A DNA stretch of 43,703 bases, taken from assembly GCF_001194135.2 (NCBI RefSeq), contig NC_068994.1, positions 32,600,378 to 32,644,080 on the forward strand. Direction: 5' to 3'. This DNA is from Octopus bimaculoides (taxonomy: Eukaryota). The notes below the pieces were generated by a model. It saw nothing but the letters and a program-made list of their open reading frames with translations. It did not search any database and was not told the origin of the DNA. The translations under genes were made by a program, and so were the position numbers. Of this stretch, positions 23,211 through 36,360 are shown piece after piece (the stretch's first letter is position 1; every line of letters begins with the position of its first letter).

Positions 23211-23720
23211 TTCTGCTGTTGAAAACCGGGGCTTTGGGTTCATTTATGCCACGTTCCTTGCAATAATATATGCAAATATATTCCATACTTTCCCACTGAA
23301 TGGAATGCGATATAGTCACGTAATGTAAAAATACATTTCATTTTCTTATTTCTTTTCTTTCCAATTCTACTATTTATATTCTTTTCTACTCTAGGCACAA
23401 GACACCGACATTTGAGAAAGAGGAACAGTCGATTAGATCGACACCAGTGTGCAACTGGTACTTAATTTATCGACCCCGAAAGGATGAAAGCCAAAGTCAA
23501 CCTCGGTGGAATTTGAACTCAGAACGTAAAGACAGACGAAATACCGCTAAGCATTTCATCCGGCATGCTAACGTTTCTGCCAGCTCACCGCCTTATTTTA
23601 CCATTTATAATACTGAAGGTTTTTACAGGGAAACGGAAACTATCAGCTATCTTAACCAATTAAAACCACTGAATACATGCGAATGCTTAAATCTATATTT
23701 AAAGCTCAATCACACTGTGT
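23211..23720 (+). repeat. Direct duplication, copy 1 (interrupted by a SINE)
   Basis: Aligns with 24218-24490 once 23381-23611 is removed. Confidence 0.9.
23381..23598 (-). mobile_element. SINE family A with a 13-bp target-site duplication
   Basis: Flanks tactatttatatt (23368-23380) and taccatttataat (23599-23611); empty site taccatttatatt at 24371-24383. Confidence 0.85.
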
Positions 23721-23924
23721 TACAATTTTTTCTTTTTTTTTTCTTCTTTGGTCAAGTAAGTGTTATTTCTTATTTGCTTCGATCTAGAAATCAAAGGAAA
23801 TGAGAACTATTCCCTTCAAACTTTGCTTTCATGACCAGGCATCGATGCTTTGAAACTGACCTATTTTCCATTACGTTTCAGACAGATTCAGTGCTGAGTT
23901 GCTGAAGCAGAAATATCGTTATCG

Positions 23925-24090
23925 CAAATATTCTCTTCAATACCTCAGATTTGCTTGTCAGTTGCTTGAACTTAACCACTTGAGCATGTCCCTTAGTGGC
24001 TGACAATATGTACATCTCTGATCATGAGCAGGAGTAGTTGGGGGGGAGCACCATGGCCATGTGTTGAGAGGGATTCTTTGGGGTTTGGAT
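23925..24090 (+). mobile_element. Internal fragment of the ~560-bp (TAA)n-embedded element
   Basis: Aligns with about 40873-41035. Confidence 0.85.
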
Positions 24091-24217
24091 AAATGTAACA
24101 AAAGCAAAGTTTGAAGGAAATATTAGCCATTTTCCATACTTTCTAGGAGTAAGCAAAGAGGAAATCACAGTTGCTACCCAAGGACAAAAATCATTTTTCA
24201 CAATGTTATTAACACAG

Positions 24218-24490
24218 TTGTGCTACCGAAAACTGGGGCTTTGGGTTCATTTATGCCACGATTCTTGTAATAATATATGCAAATATATTCCATACTTTTC
24301 CACTGATTGGCGTGATAAAGGCACGTAAGGTAAAAATATATTTTCTAATTTCCTTCTTTTCTTCCAATTCTACCATTTATATTAATGAAGGTTTTTGCAT
24401 GGAAACGGAAACGAGAGGTGTCAACTATTTTAGCCAATTAAAATCGCTGAATACATGTGAACGCTTAAATCTATATTTAAGGCTCAATTA
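24218..24490 (+). repeat. Direct duplication, copy 2
   Basis: Aligns with 23211-23720. Confidence 0.9.
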
Positions 24491-24949
24491 TCGAACCTGG
24501 CACTCTAATTAAATGAAGATCTGTTATAAATTCCTCACAGAGCAGTTAATCTCTTGTAGCAGGCTAATCCCATACGGAAACTAATTAGGAATCTATTTGC
24601 ACTTGATATTCATCAAGAGCTGATTGAGTCCAGATAGGTAGGTTTTGCGAGTGAATGCATGAACGAAACTTGAATATGTTTGTGTGTGTGCGTATGTGCG
24701 CATGTGTGCGCGCGTGTGTGCGTGTGCGGATGCGTGCGTGTGTGGTGGGGTGTCTAGGAGCGAAGACTAGTTACTTGTGTGATTGCTATGGAGGATTTAA
24801 TTAATGTCAGGGGTCATAATATTATAGGTTCGAGAAAGAACTGAAGATGTTTATAATCCTTGTTGTCATGGAAGAATTTCTGACAATTGAGTAATTTAAG
24901 GATGAACGATATTGATCGAGTATTACTGATACTTCTTATTGAACACTGT

Positions 24950-25115
24950 GGTTTGGAGAATGAATAGTAATAATAATAATCCTTTCTACTATAGGTACAA
25001 TACTTGAAATTTGAGGTGAGGGGATAGTCGATCGCATCAACCCCAGTACTTGACCGGTACTTAATTTATCGACTCCGAAAGGATGAAAGGCAAAGTCGAC
25101 CTCGGCTGAATTTGA
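24950..25115 (-). mobile_element. SINE family A, 3' portion
   Basis: Reverse complement of the family A 3' half with its (att)n tail. Confidence 0.8.
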
Positions 25116-25147
25116 ACTCATGAATAATAATAATAATAATAATAATA

Positions 25148-25185
<38 letters not shown>

Positions 25186-25190
25186 AATAA

Positions 25191-25401
25191 GAGCACTCAG
25201 AGAGCTCAAACCTCTGCCAAGGCAACGCCAACGTCTTCTCAACGATTAGCCGGACATGATTTTTTAAAGTGACAATATCTGGAATTAACCCGACTGCTTT
25301 CACAAATGAGAATACTAAAAATGACCCCGACTGCTCTCACAAATTAAGTAAAAAATAAAAATAAAAAACGGAAAAATAATCCTGAATCCTTGTTCGGTAC
25401 C
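25191..25401 (+). mobile_element. Helentron/DINE-1-like non-autonomous element, 5' part
   Basis: aacctctgcc subterminal motif and an internal duplicated cccgactgct(t/c)tcacaaat; shares aaataatcc(t/a)gaatccttg..cggtacc with 26076-26103. Confidence 0.45.
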
Positions 25402-25720
25402 TGATGGATGCCAATGGTAGTTATGGAATGTGAAGGTGGGTGTGCGGGCCGTGTTTGTAATGCTGTGTGTGTGTCGTCTGCAGTAAGAACAGGGACAGTT
25501 TTCTCTGTGAAGACCATTTTTAGTCTATCCACTGATATAGTGTCCTTAACACTATTAAGGTCTATAGTGAAGAATTTATCTGTGCGTGAAAGAAAACGGA
25601 AAGGACCTGCATACGGTGCTGTTAACGGAGGTTTAACAACATCGTTGGCACAAAAACGTGAGTTCAAGAAGTCAAACTTCCTTCAAGGCATAGCTAGAAA
25701 TGCAATTGTCAAGTAGGTAA
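25402..25720 (-). mobile_element. Ty3/Gypsy integrase C-terminal (GPY/F) fragment
   Basis: VVKPPLTAPYAGPFRFLSRTDKFFTIDLNSVKDTISVDRLK. Confidence 0.85.
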
Positions 25721-25944
25721 GAGGTTTTAAACAGGAGCGATATAATAAAAAAAAAAATTTTTTAAACTGGTAAAACTAAAAATTGTCAGGGATAAATCAA
25801 AGTTATTATTGTTGCTGAATATGTTAGCGTTATTTAATATCTGAACGATTTTGCTGCCGTTTGTTTACGTAGTTTGACTTCTTTATCTATCAGTTTCTAC
25901 TAAGATAGAGACACGAGTAAAATTAATAATAGAGAAACGAAAAT

Positions 25945-26253
25945 AAAACTTTGGAAGCATCAACGCCGCCATAATCATGGAAACCATGAGCGTGCTTCCA
26001 AGGGAGATATTCAGAGAAAGACTTGAAAGTCAACGTAAGATCGTAATACTTCATGTAAAGTAAAGTAAATATAACAAATGATCCAGAATCCTTGACCGGT
26101 ACCAGATCGATCCCAAAATCTAATCAGTTTGTGCCAGTCACGAGGCCAAACATCTCTGAAAGTTTCATCCGAATCTATCCAGCAGTTCTTGAAATATCTT
26201 GTCCATGGACAAACAAACATGACTGACAACAATGCCTTCGCTAAGGCGACGGT
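25945..26253 (+). mobile_element. Helentron/DINE-1-like non-autonomous element with 3' stem-loop
   Basis: (ACAA)n near the 3' end, then stem-loop gcctt-cgct-aaggc (26234-26247) just before the terminus. Confidence 0.5.
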
Positions 26254-26272
26254 GATAATAATAATAATAATA

Positions 26273-26339
<67 letters not shown>

Positions 26340-26342
26340 GAA

Positions 26343-26373
<31 letters not shown>

Positions 26374-26410
26374 AAGAAGAAGAAGAAGAAGAAGAAGAAG
26401 AAGAAGAAGA
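26253..26410. repeat. Compound (AAT)n-(AAG)n microsatellite
   Basis: Direct inspection. Confidence 0.95.
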
Positions 26411-26625
26411 ATGGTTTTGAATTTTGGTACAAGGCCAGCAAGTTTGGAGGAGGGGATAAGTCGATTACATTGACCCCAGTGCATTACTAGTACTTATTTA
26501 TTGACCTTAAAAAGATGTAAGGCAGAGATGACTTCGGTGACATTTGAACTCAGAACATAAAGCTGGAAGAAATGGAAGAAATGCCGCTAAATATTTGACC
26601 TGGCATGCTTAGAATTCTACCAATT
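26411..26625 (-). mobile_element. SINE family A
   Basis: Reverse complement matches family A head to tail. Confidence 0.8.
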
Positions 26626-26929
26626 TGCTGCTTTTTGAAATGAAAATGCGAAACTTTAAAAACAAAAAAACACTCCAAAGCAAAACAAAAATATTTGCTT
26701 CAGAAATTGACAGCTAAAAACCCTAGCAAGTTTGATTTAAATTATAGAATTGTGAGAAAGGTTCCAGATGGCTATGATATTGTACATTGAGAAAGTCTAA
26801 TAAGATCGAAATACACTTATTTCCCCCAGTTAGCTTTAAACATCTGATACACTTCAGTTTGTTGTCTATGTTGTTTAAAATTTGTTTGATTAACTGCATA
26901 CCTTGGAGATCAGGAAGTGTCTCCAGTTC

Positions 26930-27090
26930 GTACCATTACTTCTCCGCATTGAAAGATCACAGTTCTATTACAATGGACAAATGATTAGAATATCAGAGGA
27001 AAGATTCACGAGATGAATTCTTTGTGTAGTAGAAACCGGAAAGAAACCTAGGAGCAGACCGAAAACGTGATGGTTTTATAATATCTATAG
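26930..27090 (+). mobile_element. RTE LINE 3' fragment
   Basis: LRIERSQFYYNGQMIRISEERFTR*ILCVVETGKKPRSRPKT*WFYNI. Confidence 0.7.
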
Positions 27091-28186
27091 TCATTAATAA
27101 CCATGGATGTGAAGTTCAAGTGTCTTCTAATTTAGCCCTGGACCAATCTAAGCCTTCTGAGTGAATTTGGTAAATAAAAACTGAACGAGGACCTTCATAC
27201 ATACATAATACATACATATATACATCCATCCATACACCTATATANNNNNNNNNNNNNNNNNNNNNNNNNNNNNNNNNNNNNNNNNNNNNNNNNNNNNNNN
27301 NNNNNNNNNNNNNNNNNNNNNNNNNNNNNNNNNNNNNNNNNNNNNNNNNNNNNNNNNNNNNNNNNNNNNNNNNNNNNNNNNNNNNTATATGTATGTATGT
27401 ATATAAATAATACAGAATGAGACAAGAACATAAAACATCCAGACAGTTAGGTGATACAAGAAGGGACAAAACATCCAGATAGACGATACAAAGAAAACAC
27501 GGACAGGTCATTCGGAGTTTTCTTTCTTCAGTCGAGATCCAGATTATCCTTGCAATTTCGGCTGATATTGCTTCAATCTGGCCAGCCCCAAGGAAAAACT
27601 AAGCTCAGAGCATTAGATTCCTTGGAAGAAAGCAGCGAATGTATACAAAAACAAGGACGGAAAAAACGAGCAATGTTACACAAATATAGTAGGAATAATA
27701 ACAGGATATAACAACAGATGTCTTTCGACTAAGGACGAACAAAATTAAGCTGGCGTATATAGAAATAAGGCCTTACAGCCGGGCTACAAGATTTCACAGG
27801 CACAGAGAGAAATAACGATGTTTCACGCACAACAGCCGCCCGAGAAAGAAAGGTCAGGCTTAGCCGAACACCTGTCACGTGGGAAGAGAAGAGAGAGAGA
27901 AGTAGAGGCATTGTCCTTGCCTTCGAAACGAGGAGTAGATGGAACAGGGACAACTGAAGAAAGGTAATATTCTTTATGTTGTATGTCTCGTTTCTCTGTT
28001 TGTTTGTTTTTTTTTCGTTGTTCGAAAAAAAGTTCGTTTTCTGTCCTCGTCTTTATGTTTTCGTTTCTCATTGTGTTTAACGTTTTTTGTGATGTCCTGT
28101 ACCCATATATGCATGTATGTATACATATAGATGTAGGTATGTACATATATGTATGGATATATGCATATATTTATATATTATTTATG

Positions 28187-28222
<36 letters not shown>

Positions 28223-28473
28223 TCACACCTGTGTGTGTGTGTGTGTGTGTGTGAGTAAGTCTCCTTGTCCTGACAATGCTTGATGGCTGTAAACAAGTGT
28301 CACCGTCATACAAGCAGTGTCATTCATTTCCATGAAATCATGTCTGGCCATGGCAGATTATTACTTTGGTTGGAAACTGGTGAGTGTAGGCAACAGGAAG
28401 GGCATCCAGCAGTAGACCATTTGTCTCAATGATTTCTGTCTGATTGAAGCAAGCTATTATATATCTACAGCTA

Positions 28474-28574
<101 letters not shown>

Positions 28575-28593
28575 CACTCGAACACATATTTAA

Positions 28594-28624
<31 letters not shown>

Positions 28625-29137
28625 CGCACTCACATATATGTATATTCATGATTAGAATACATGTTGTGACATATTTAATTATTTCTTAATCATGAATTTT
28701 TAGATATTTATTAATATAAATGTTTTTGTAATATAACATAGTTTAAATGAAAACTTTGAAAAACATGTACATTTTTTAAGCATGCACATTTTAAAGTGTC
28801 ACCTGAGGCAGACCACCCCCTATGGCACACCCCATTTCCAGCTACGCTAGTGACTCAGTGACTCTCCTGTTGTAAGAGATAGATGAGGGCTCTGCAATTT
28901 CTTACTGAACAACCTGCACAGATGATTTTCTTATAATGATCAAAGATTTCTGCAGCACCACACAGCCATACTTGCGTCTATGTGTGTATATGTCTGTATA
29001 CACAGATAACTATTTATATATTAGTGTGTGTGTGTGTTTATATATGTATATATGTATGTATATATTGCAAATTGCTATATATATAAATATATATGTATAT
29101 ATTGCTATGTATATATATACGTGTGTATTGGTATAAT

Positions 29138-29207
<70 letters not shown>

Positions 29208-29788
29208 ATTGATATATCTACCTTCTATGCTGGCATGGGTTGGACAGTTTGACAGGAGCTGGCCAGACAGAAGACTACACAAGACTTCTGTATCAGTTTT
29301 GGCATGGTTTTTACAGCTGGATGCCCTTCCATACATTTTCTGGAAAGTTCTAGTGGGGTCTAGGGAAAATAGGATGGGAAACACTGCTCTAGAGAGAAGA
29401 GATTTAATAAATCAAGTATTTCTANNNNNNNNNNNNNNNNNNNNNNNNNNNNNNNNNNNNNNNNNNNNNNNNNNNNNNNNNNNNNNNNNNNNNNNNNNNN
29501 NNNNNNNNNNNNNNNNNNNNNNNNNNNNNNNNNNNNNNNNNNNNNNNNNNNNNNNNNNNNNNNNNNNNNNNNNNNNNNNNNNNNNNNNNNNNNNNNNNNN
29601 NNNNNNNNNNNNNNNNNNNNNNNNNNNNNNNNNNNNNNNNNNNNNNNNNNNNNNNNNNNNNNNNNNNNNNNNNNNNNNNNNNNNNNNNNNNNNNNNNNNN
29701 NNNNNNNNNNNNNNNNNNNNNNNNNNNNNNNNNNNNNNNNNNNNNNNNNNNNNNNNNNNNNNNNNNNNNNNNNNNNNNNNNNNNNNNG

Positions 29789-29900
29789 TATACTGATGAC
29801 CTAGTTCTCATAACTAACTTAGCGAAGAAATTCCAAACATGGAAGCAAAGCTGGCAGCTCAGACGTCTCAAAGGAGATTTATCAAAGACAAAAGATTGAC
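29789..29900 (+). mobile_element. RTE reverse transcriptase fragment
   Basis: YTDDLVLITNLAKKFQTWKQSWQLRRLKGDLSKTK (degenerate YADD region). Confidence 0.7.
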
Positions 29901-29984
29901 TAAGAAATTTTTGATTTATTAAATCTCTGCATCTAAAACAGTATACTGCGCCCGGAAGGATTTGGTCGAACAATTCAACATTAG

Positions 29985-30290
29985 TTTTTTTTTCAAAGCT
30001 TGGAACTTATTTCATCTTCTTTTGCCAAACCATTAAGGGACATAAACATACTAAGACCGGTTGTCAAATGATACTGGGGTCTAACACAAAGCCACACACA
30101 AACAGATATACGTATACATAAATATATGTGTGTGTGCGTGTAATTAGTTTCTTTCAGTTTCTGTCTATCAAATCCACTCAAGGCCTGGAACTATAGTAGA
30201 AGGTGCTTGCCCACAGTCCCACTAAGTGGGACTGAACCTGAAACCACAAGTTCGGATGGTAAACATCTTAACCAAGCACCCACACATGTT
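29985..30290 (-). mobile_element. SINE family B with internal microsatellite
   Basis: Reverse complement aligns with both halves of the 6580 copy. Confidence 0.75.
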
Positions 30291-30689
30291 TGAACAGTTT
30301 GAACATGTGTGCATGTATGTATGTATATATATGTAAGTGTATCTATATANNNNNNNNNNGACGTTAAACGACGACGATGATGATGATGATAATATATATA
30401 TATATATATATGTGGTGGGGTATGTATTTGTATACACGCACACACACACACACACACATGCATATATGTATGTACATCTGTATGTGTCCTATGTCTATAT
30501 ATGCATTTATCCATATCTGAGTATGCTTACAACTCCATGTACATACACCAATAAGTGTTTGAGTGCATTACACCAAATTCTTCGAGATATATATCTCAGT
30601 TCCATAGATTAACTGGCCTTTCATATATTTACTGATACAATCCAATCGTTTCTTTCTAAAACACTGCTCTCCTCTTACACTTTCACTCT

Positions 30690-30780
30690 CTCACTAAGAA
30701 TGGTAATGTTGTCAATGGCAGAGAATTCCAGAGGGTGTTGCAGGATGGAGGTGGGAACCGGGGAGTAGAATGGCTTTTAA
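30690..30780 (-). mobile_element. Possible CR1/L2-type LINE 3' fragment
   Basis: Minus frame gives FYSRFPPPSCNTLWNSLP; the LWNSLP motif is the only support. Confidence 0.35.
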
Positions 30781-30976
30781 TTTGTCTTGGTGTTTATATT
30801 TTGGCTGTTAGTGATTTCATTATTGATTTTTGCTACTTATCTATCAATCGCTGACTTAACTATACACTTCACAACATTTGTAGCAATATATAAAATGATT
30901 ATTAAGTTTTGATATGAATCTGCAAGTGGAAAATAATTATAATTATATACATACATACATACATACATACATACAT

Positions 30977-31023
<47 letters not shown>

Positions 31024-33253
31024 TATATATATATATGCATGTCTGTGTATGTATACATATATACTACACATATACGTAAACCCATCAGCATGGAAAAACA
31101 GATGTCAAGTGATGATATATATANNNNNNNNNNNNNNNNNNNNNNNNNNNNNNNNNNNNNNNNNNNNNNNNNNNNNNNNNNNNNNNNNNNNNNNNNNNNN
31201 NNNNNNNNNNNNNNNNNNNNNNNNNNNNNNNNNNNNNNNNNNNNNNNNNNNNNNNNNNNNNNNNNNNNNNNNNNNNNNNNNNNNNNNNNNNNNNNNNNNN
31301 NNNNNNNNNNNNNNNNNNNNNNNNNNNNNNNNNNNNNNNNNNNNNNNNNNNNNNNNNNNNNNNNNNNNNNNNNNNNNNNNNNNNNNNNNNNNNNNNNNNN
31401 NNNNNNNNNNNNNNNNNNNNNNNNNNNNNNNNNNNNNNNNNNNNNNNNNNNNNNNNNNNNNNNNNNNNNNNNNNNNNNNNNNNNNNNNNNNNNNNNNNNN
31501 NNNNNNNNNNNNNNNNNNNNNNNNNNNNNNNNNNNNNNNNNNNNNNNNNNNNNNNNNNNNNNNNNNNNNNNNNNNNNNNNNNNNNNNNNNNNNNNNNNNN
31601 NNATATATATATATATATATATATACTTGTCTGAATATGTGTGGGTGTAGATGTGTGTTAATGTGTGTGTATGTTCGTGTATATGTATGCATGTGTGTGT
31701 GTTTGTGTGTACATATGCATATATCTATGCATGTGTTTGTGTATGTATGTGAATGTGTGTATATAGTTTCACATGCACACATACAGAGCTTCAGTGCTAG
31801 TCAGTTGAGAGACACCAGCAAAAGAATGTGTGTGTGAGTGTGTATGTGTGTGTGTGTGTGTGTGCGTGCGTGTGTGTACTCATATGTGCCTGTATATTTG
31901 CTTCAAAAGGTGACATCATCATCATGACGATTGTGTTAGATAACAGTGACAAAGTATTAGAAATCAAATTTGATGTTATCAAATCAACTAATTTGTACTC
32001 TGTAAATTAATATATCTCATCATATTGAATCAAAGTTTACAGAAATACTGATACACATGATGTACTCCACACACACACACACACACACATACACACACAC
32101 TTATATATTGATATTTACATACACATTGTGCTGATGCCAGAGTAGTGTGTGGTGTGTGTGTATATTATATAAATATATATATATGCACACATATATATAT
32201 ATGTATATTATATACACACACACATAAACACACATAGACATATACACACACACACAAACCCACACACACACATATATGCACATATACACCCACATATACA
32301 CACATGCACACACAGTGCTGGAGCACTAGGAGTTTTGCCCCAGTACACTTTGCAGAATGTTTAGTATTATAAAAGGCAAAAATGCTAAATAAGAACTGAC
32401 ATTGAGAGAACTTGCCCAACTCAAACCAACATGGAAATCGTCATGTTCATCATGATCATCAGCCTCATTTTATATCTATTTTCCATGCTGGCATGGCTTG
32501 GACAGGCTGTCGTGATGTCAGTCAGATTACTTTGGAGGCCACTGCTCTCATAGACTAGTACACATATATGTCATGTTGGCTCGGTGGCTTCCACAGCTAG
32601 GTGCTCTTGCTATCACCAACCACATTAAGGAGTTTGCTGAATGCATTTTCTCCACTACAGAGGTACATTAGTTCTCAGGGAGACAGGACTGAAAACAGAC
32701 CTCACAACCCCATATTTTCTCCACTCCACTCATTTGCCATTCTCCTCAGTGTGTACTGATTGCAGTTCTCATGGCACGAGTATTAGGGGCTGAAGTGTCA
32801 AGTTCTCAGAGAGATAGTACTAAGGGACCTCTTACCACTACTTTACCTCCGCTTGCTCACCAATCCCTTTAGAGTGTGAGAAGGGATTTAGTTTTCTATT
32901 ACAGCACCAGCAAAGTTATTTCAGCTGAGAAACACATCTTATTTTAACTAATGTCACTTTTTTTATCATTGTGTTGTCAAATAAAGTCATTAAAATAACC
33001 ACCCCTCTCCACATGGCACTCTATCCTCACGTGTCTGGACAGAGGTAAAATTTATTCAAATTTCAAGAACGATAAACAAAACAGAGGAATAATAGAGATG
33101 CAAAAACTCATAAAACACTATAATAAAATATTTTTTGTGTTAATTAAAATAACATTGAAAAGGATTAAAATAAATGGAAAAAAGTGAACAAATTTATCTG
33201 ACAGCTCAGTATTTCAATTAAATATCTTTTAAATAGCCATCAGCTTTATTGAC

Positions 33254-33660
<407 letters not shown>

Positions 33661-33824
33661 TTTTATTTTTATAACGTGCTTTCACTTCACTACCGAGCGC
33701 AGCTCTGTGCGCCTTGGGTATGTGCTGTGGTTTGCTGTGGTGCTCTTATGTTTACTGTATTGAAAGTGTTTTGCGTAGAATGTGTGCAGTACCCAGTAGT
33801 GCAATTTTCTGTATGTTATATATA

Positions 33825-33879
<55 letters not shown>

Positions 33880-33882
<3 letters not shown>

Positions 33883-34100
33883 GGTGGTGAGATGGCAGAA
33901 TCGTCAACCCACCAGGTCAAATGCTTAGTGGTATTTCACCCATCATTACGTTCTGAGTTCAAATTCCGCCGAGGTTGACTTTACCTTTCATCCTTTTGGT
34001 GTTGATAAAATAAGCACCAGTAAGCACTGGGGCTGATGAAATCAACTTGGCCCCTCCCCTCAAAATTTCAGGCCTCATGCCTATAGTAGAAAGGATTACT
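33880..34100 (+). mobile_element. SINE family A
   Basis: Full head-to-tail match, (TTA)n on both sides. Confidence 0.85.
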
Positions 34101-34112
34101 ATTATTATTATC

Positions 34113-34669
34113 ATTGAGTGAAAGGGCAATGCATGCCATCAAAGTGACACTAGGGTAGAAATATATGAAGCCCAATATACCCATCATGTCTACCTGTCTG
34201 ATAAGGGTACACCAGGCACATGTATCTCAATGATATGTGCACGACATGGTGATCTCATATCAAAATAAATAACATATGACCTTGCAGGGAAGCCCAGTTA
34301 GAATTCTCCTCAGTTCAAGTACTCCATCCCACTCAAATGATCACTGAATAAGGTTTGCTTAAAGATGACGAACAAGAGACACCCATGTTTCCGGAAGTGA
34401 ATTATTCAAACACCAAAGAATTTCTTTCAACACATGGCTATGATGCTCCCCCACTACTTCTGCTCATGATCAGAGATGCACATATCGTCAGCCACTAAGG
34501 GTCATGCTCAACTGGTTACGGTCAAGCAACTGACAAGCAAATCTGTGGTATGGAGCTGAATATTTGCTGTAGCCCATCTTTTATACCTAGAAAAAATATG
34601 TACATGATAACACTTCCAATCAGTTAAGATCAGAAGCCATGAGAGTGAGTGCCTGATACTGCATCAGAG

Positions 34670-34672
<3 letters not shown>
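34113..34672 (-). mobile_element. ~560-bp non-coding interspersed element embedded in (TAA)n, copy B
   Basis: End-to-end reverse-complement match to 40766-41320. Confidence 0.85.
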
Positions 34673-34711
<39 letters not shown>

Positions 34712-34712
<1 letters not shown>

Positions 34713-35165
34713 TAGGGTGGCAAGCAAGCAGTCGTTAGCATGCTGGGCAAAATGCTAAGTGGTATTTTGCTTGTTGCTACATTCTGAGTTTAAATTCTGC
34801 CAAGGTCAACTTTACCTTTCGTCATTTCGGGGTTGATAAAATAAGTACCAGCTGAACACTGGGGTCGATGTAATCAACTTATCCACTCCCCTAAAACTGC
34901 TACCCTTATGGCAAAATTTAAAACCATTATTATTATTATTATTATTACTACTAAAGCAGAGAGGTGGCAAAACTGTTTGCACACCAGGCAAAATGCTCAG
35001 CAGCATTTTGTCTATCCTTATGTTCTGAGTTCAAATTCCACGAAGGTCGACTTTGCCTTTCATCCTTTCAGGATCAATAAAATAAATACCAGTTACACGC
35101 TGAAGTCGATGTAATCGACTTACCCCTCTCCCCAAAATTCTGGCCTTGTGCCAAAATTTGAAATC
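34712..35165 (+). mobile_element. Two tandem family A SINEs (34712-34925, 34950-35165)
   Basis: Head-to-tail copies separated by (TTA)n. Confidence 0.85.
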
Positions 35166-35289
35166 ATTATCATCATCATACTTAAAAATCACTGACATCA
35201 TGCTATACATCATTTTCGGTCTGTTTGGTAATATTTTCCTGCTTATTGATATATACATATATATATATATATAGCACTAACACCACCAT

Positions 35290-35465
35290 CCAAGCGGGAT
35301 CACTGCCAGAGCAGCGGTCTTGCTTTCGTGCCGGTGGCACGTAAAAAGCACCGTTTGAGCTTGATCGTTTCCAGTTTCGCCTTACTGGCACTCGTGGCAG
35401 TGGCATGTGAACAAAACATTGGACTGACTCCTGTGCAGGTGGCACGTAAAAAAAAAACACCATTT
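35290..35465 (+). repeat. RTE-associated 66-bp tandem repeat remnant
   Basis: gtggcac/t core at 35334, 35400 and 35439; same unit as 42248-42445. Confidence 0.65.
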
Positions 35466-35680
35466 AATCAGGGTCCAGCAGTTTGCTTACGATTGTCTTT
35501 TGAATTTCATATCTGTTTCTTAGTCCAAACACTTTTTAAGTAAACTTTTAAGTATAAGGGAAAGCTATTGTATACTTACTAAGGGAGGTAATTCTTTCAA
35601 GCATGTTTATAAAAACAATAAAAATTTAAATACTGTTATATAAAAATTTTAAAAAATCTAAATACAGTTAATTTAATTTT

Positions 35681-35800
35681 TGGGGCGGGATACTCCCTCC
35701 TCTTGGACACTCCCTTCTCCCCAATTTTTTTGATACACCTTTCCCCTAAGTTTTTGGATACTCCCTCCCGCTAATTTGGATAGTCCCTCCTCCTGCTGCC
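35681..35800 (+). repeat. Degenerate ~25-bp minisatellite (ttggatactccctccc)
   Basis: Five imperfect copies visible. Confidence 0.55.
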
Positions 35801-36011
35801 CCTAGCAATGAATACGAAACAGAAATTTAGCAAATAGAAGGCAGAAAAAAAATCAGGAAATCTTAGCAATCCATAATTAACAGAAAACTTTTAACTGCAG
35901 GGTTCACAGTTTGATGCCTTTCATATATAATGTAATATGATTAGCCATGCTTTAAAAACACTTTCAAGAATGCCTTAAAATACAGAACAAAAATATAAAG
36001 CTCATTAACAT

Positions 36012-36174
36012 CAGCGCAGGTGTGGCTGTATGGAAAGAAGTTTGCTTCCTGACCACATGGTTCTAGGTTCAGTCCCACTACATGCACCATGGGCAAGTGT
36101 CTTCTACTATAGCCCCCAGGCTAACTGAAGCCTTGAGAGTGGATTTGGTAGACAGAAAATGAAAGAAGCCCATC

Positions 36175-36222
<48 letters not shown>

Positions 36223-36360
36223 TGCACCATTTGATGTTGGCTTGTTTATGTCCCCGTAACTTAGCTGCTTGGCCAAAGAGACTGATAGAATAAGTACCAG
36301 GCTTTAAAAAATAGGTCCCGGTGTCAATTCATTTGACCAAAATTCTTCAAGGCAGTGCCC
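36012..36360 (+). mobile_element. SINE family B, 3'-truncated
   Basis: Aligns with the 6580 copy including an internal (GT)n; stops at cagtgccc. Confidence 0.85.

Noticed and set aside
27400-28050. Possible L1/Tx1 3' end
   Set aside because: No diagnostic motif could be translated with confidence.
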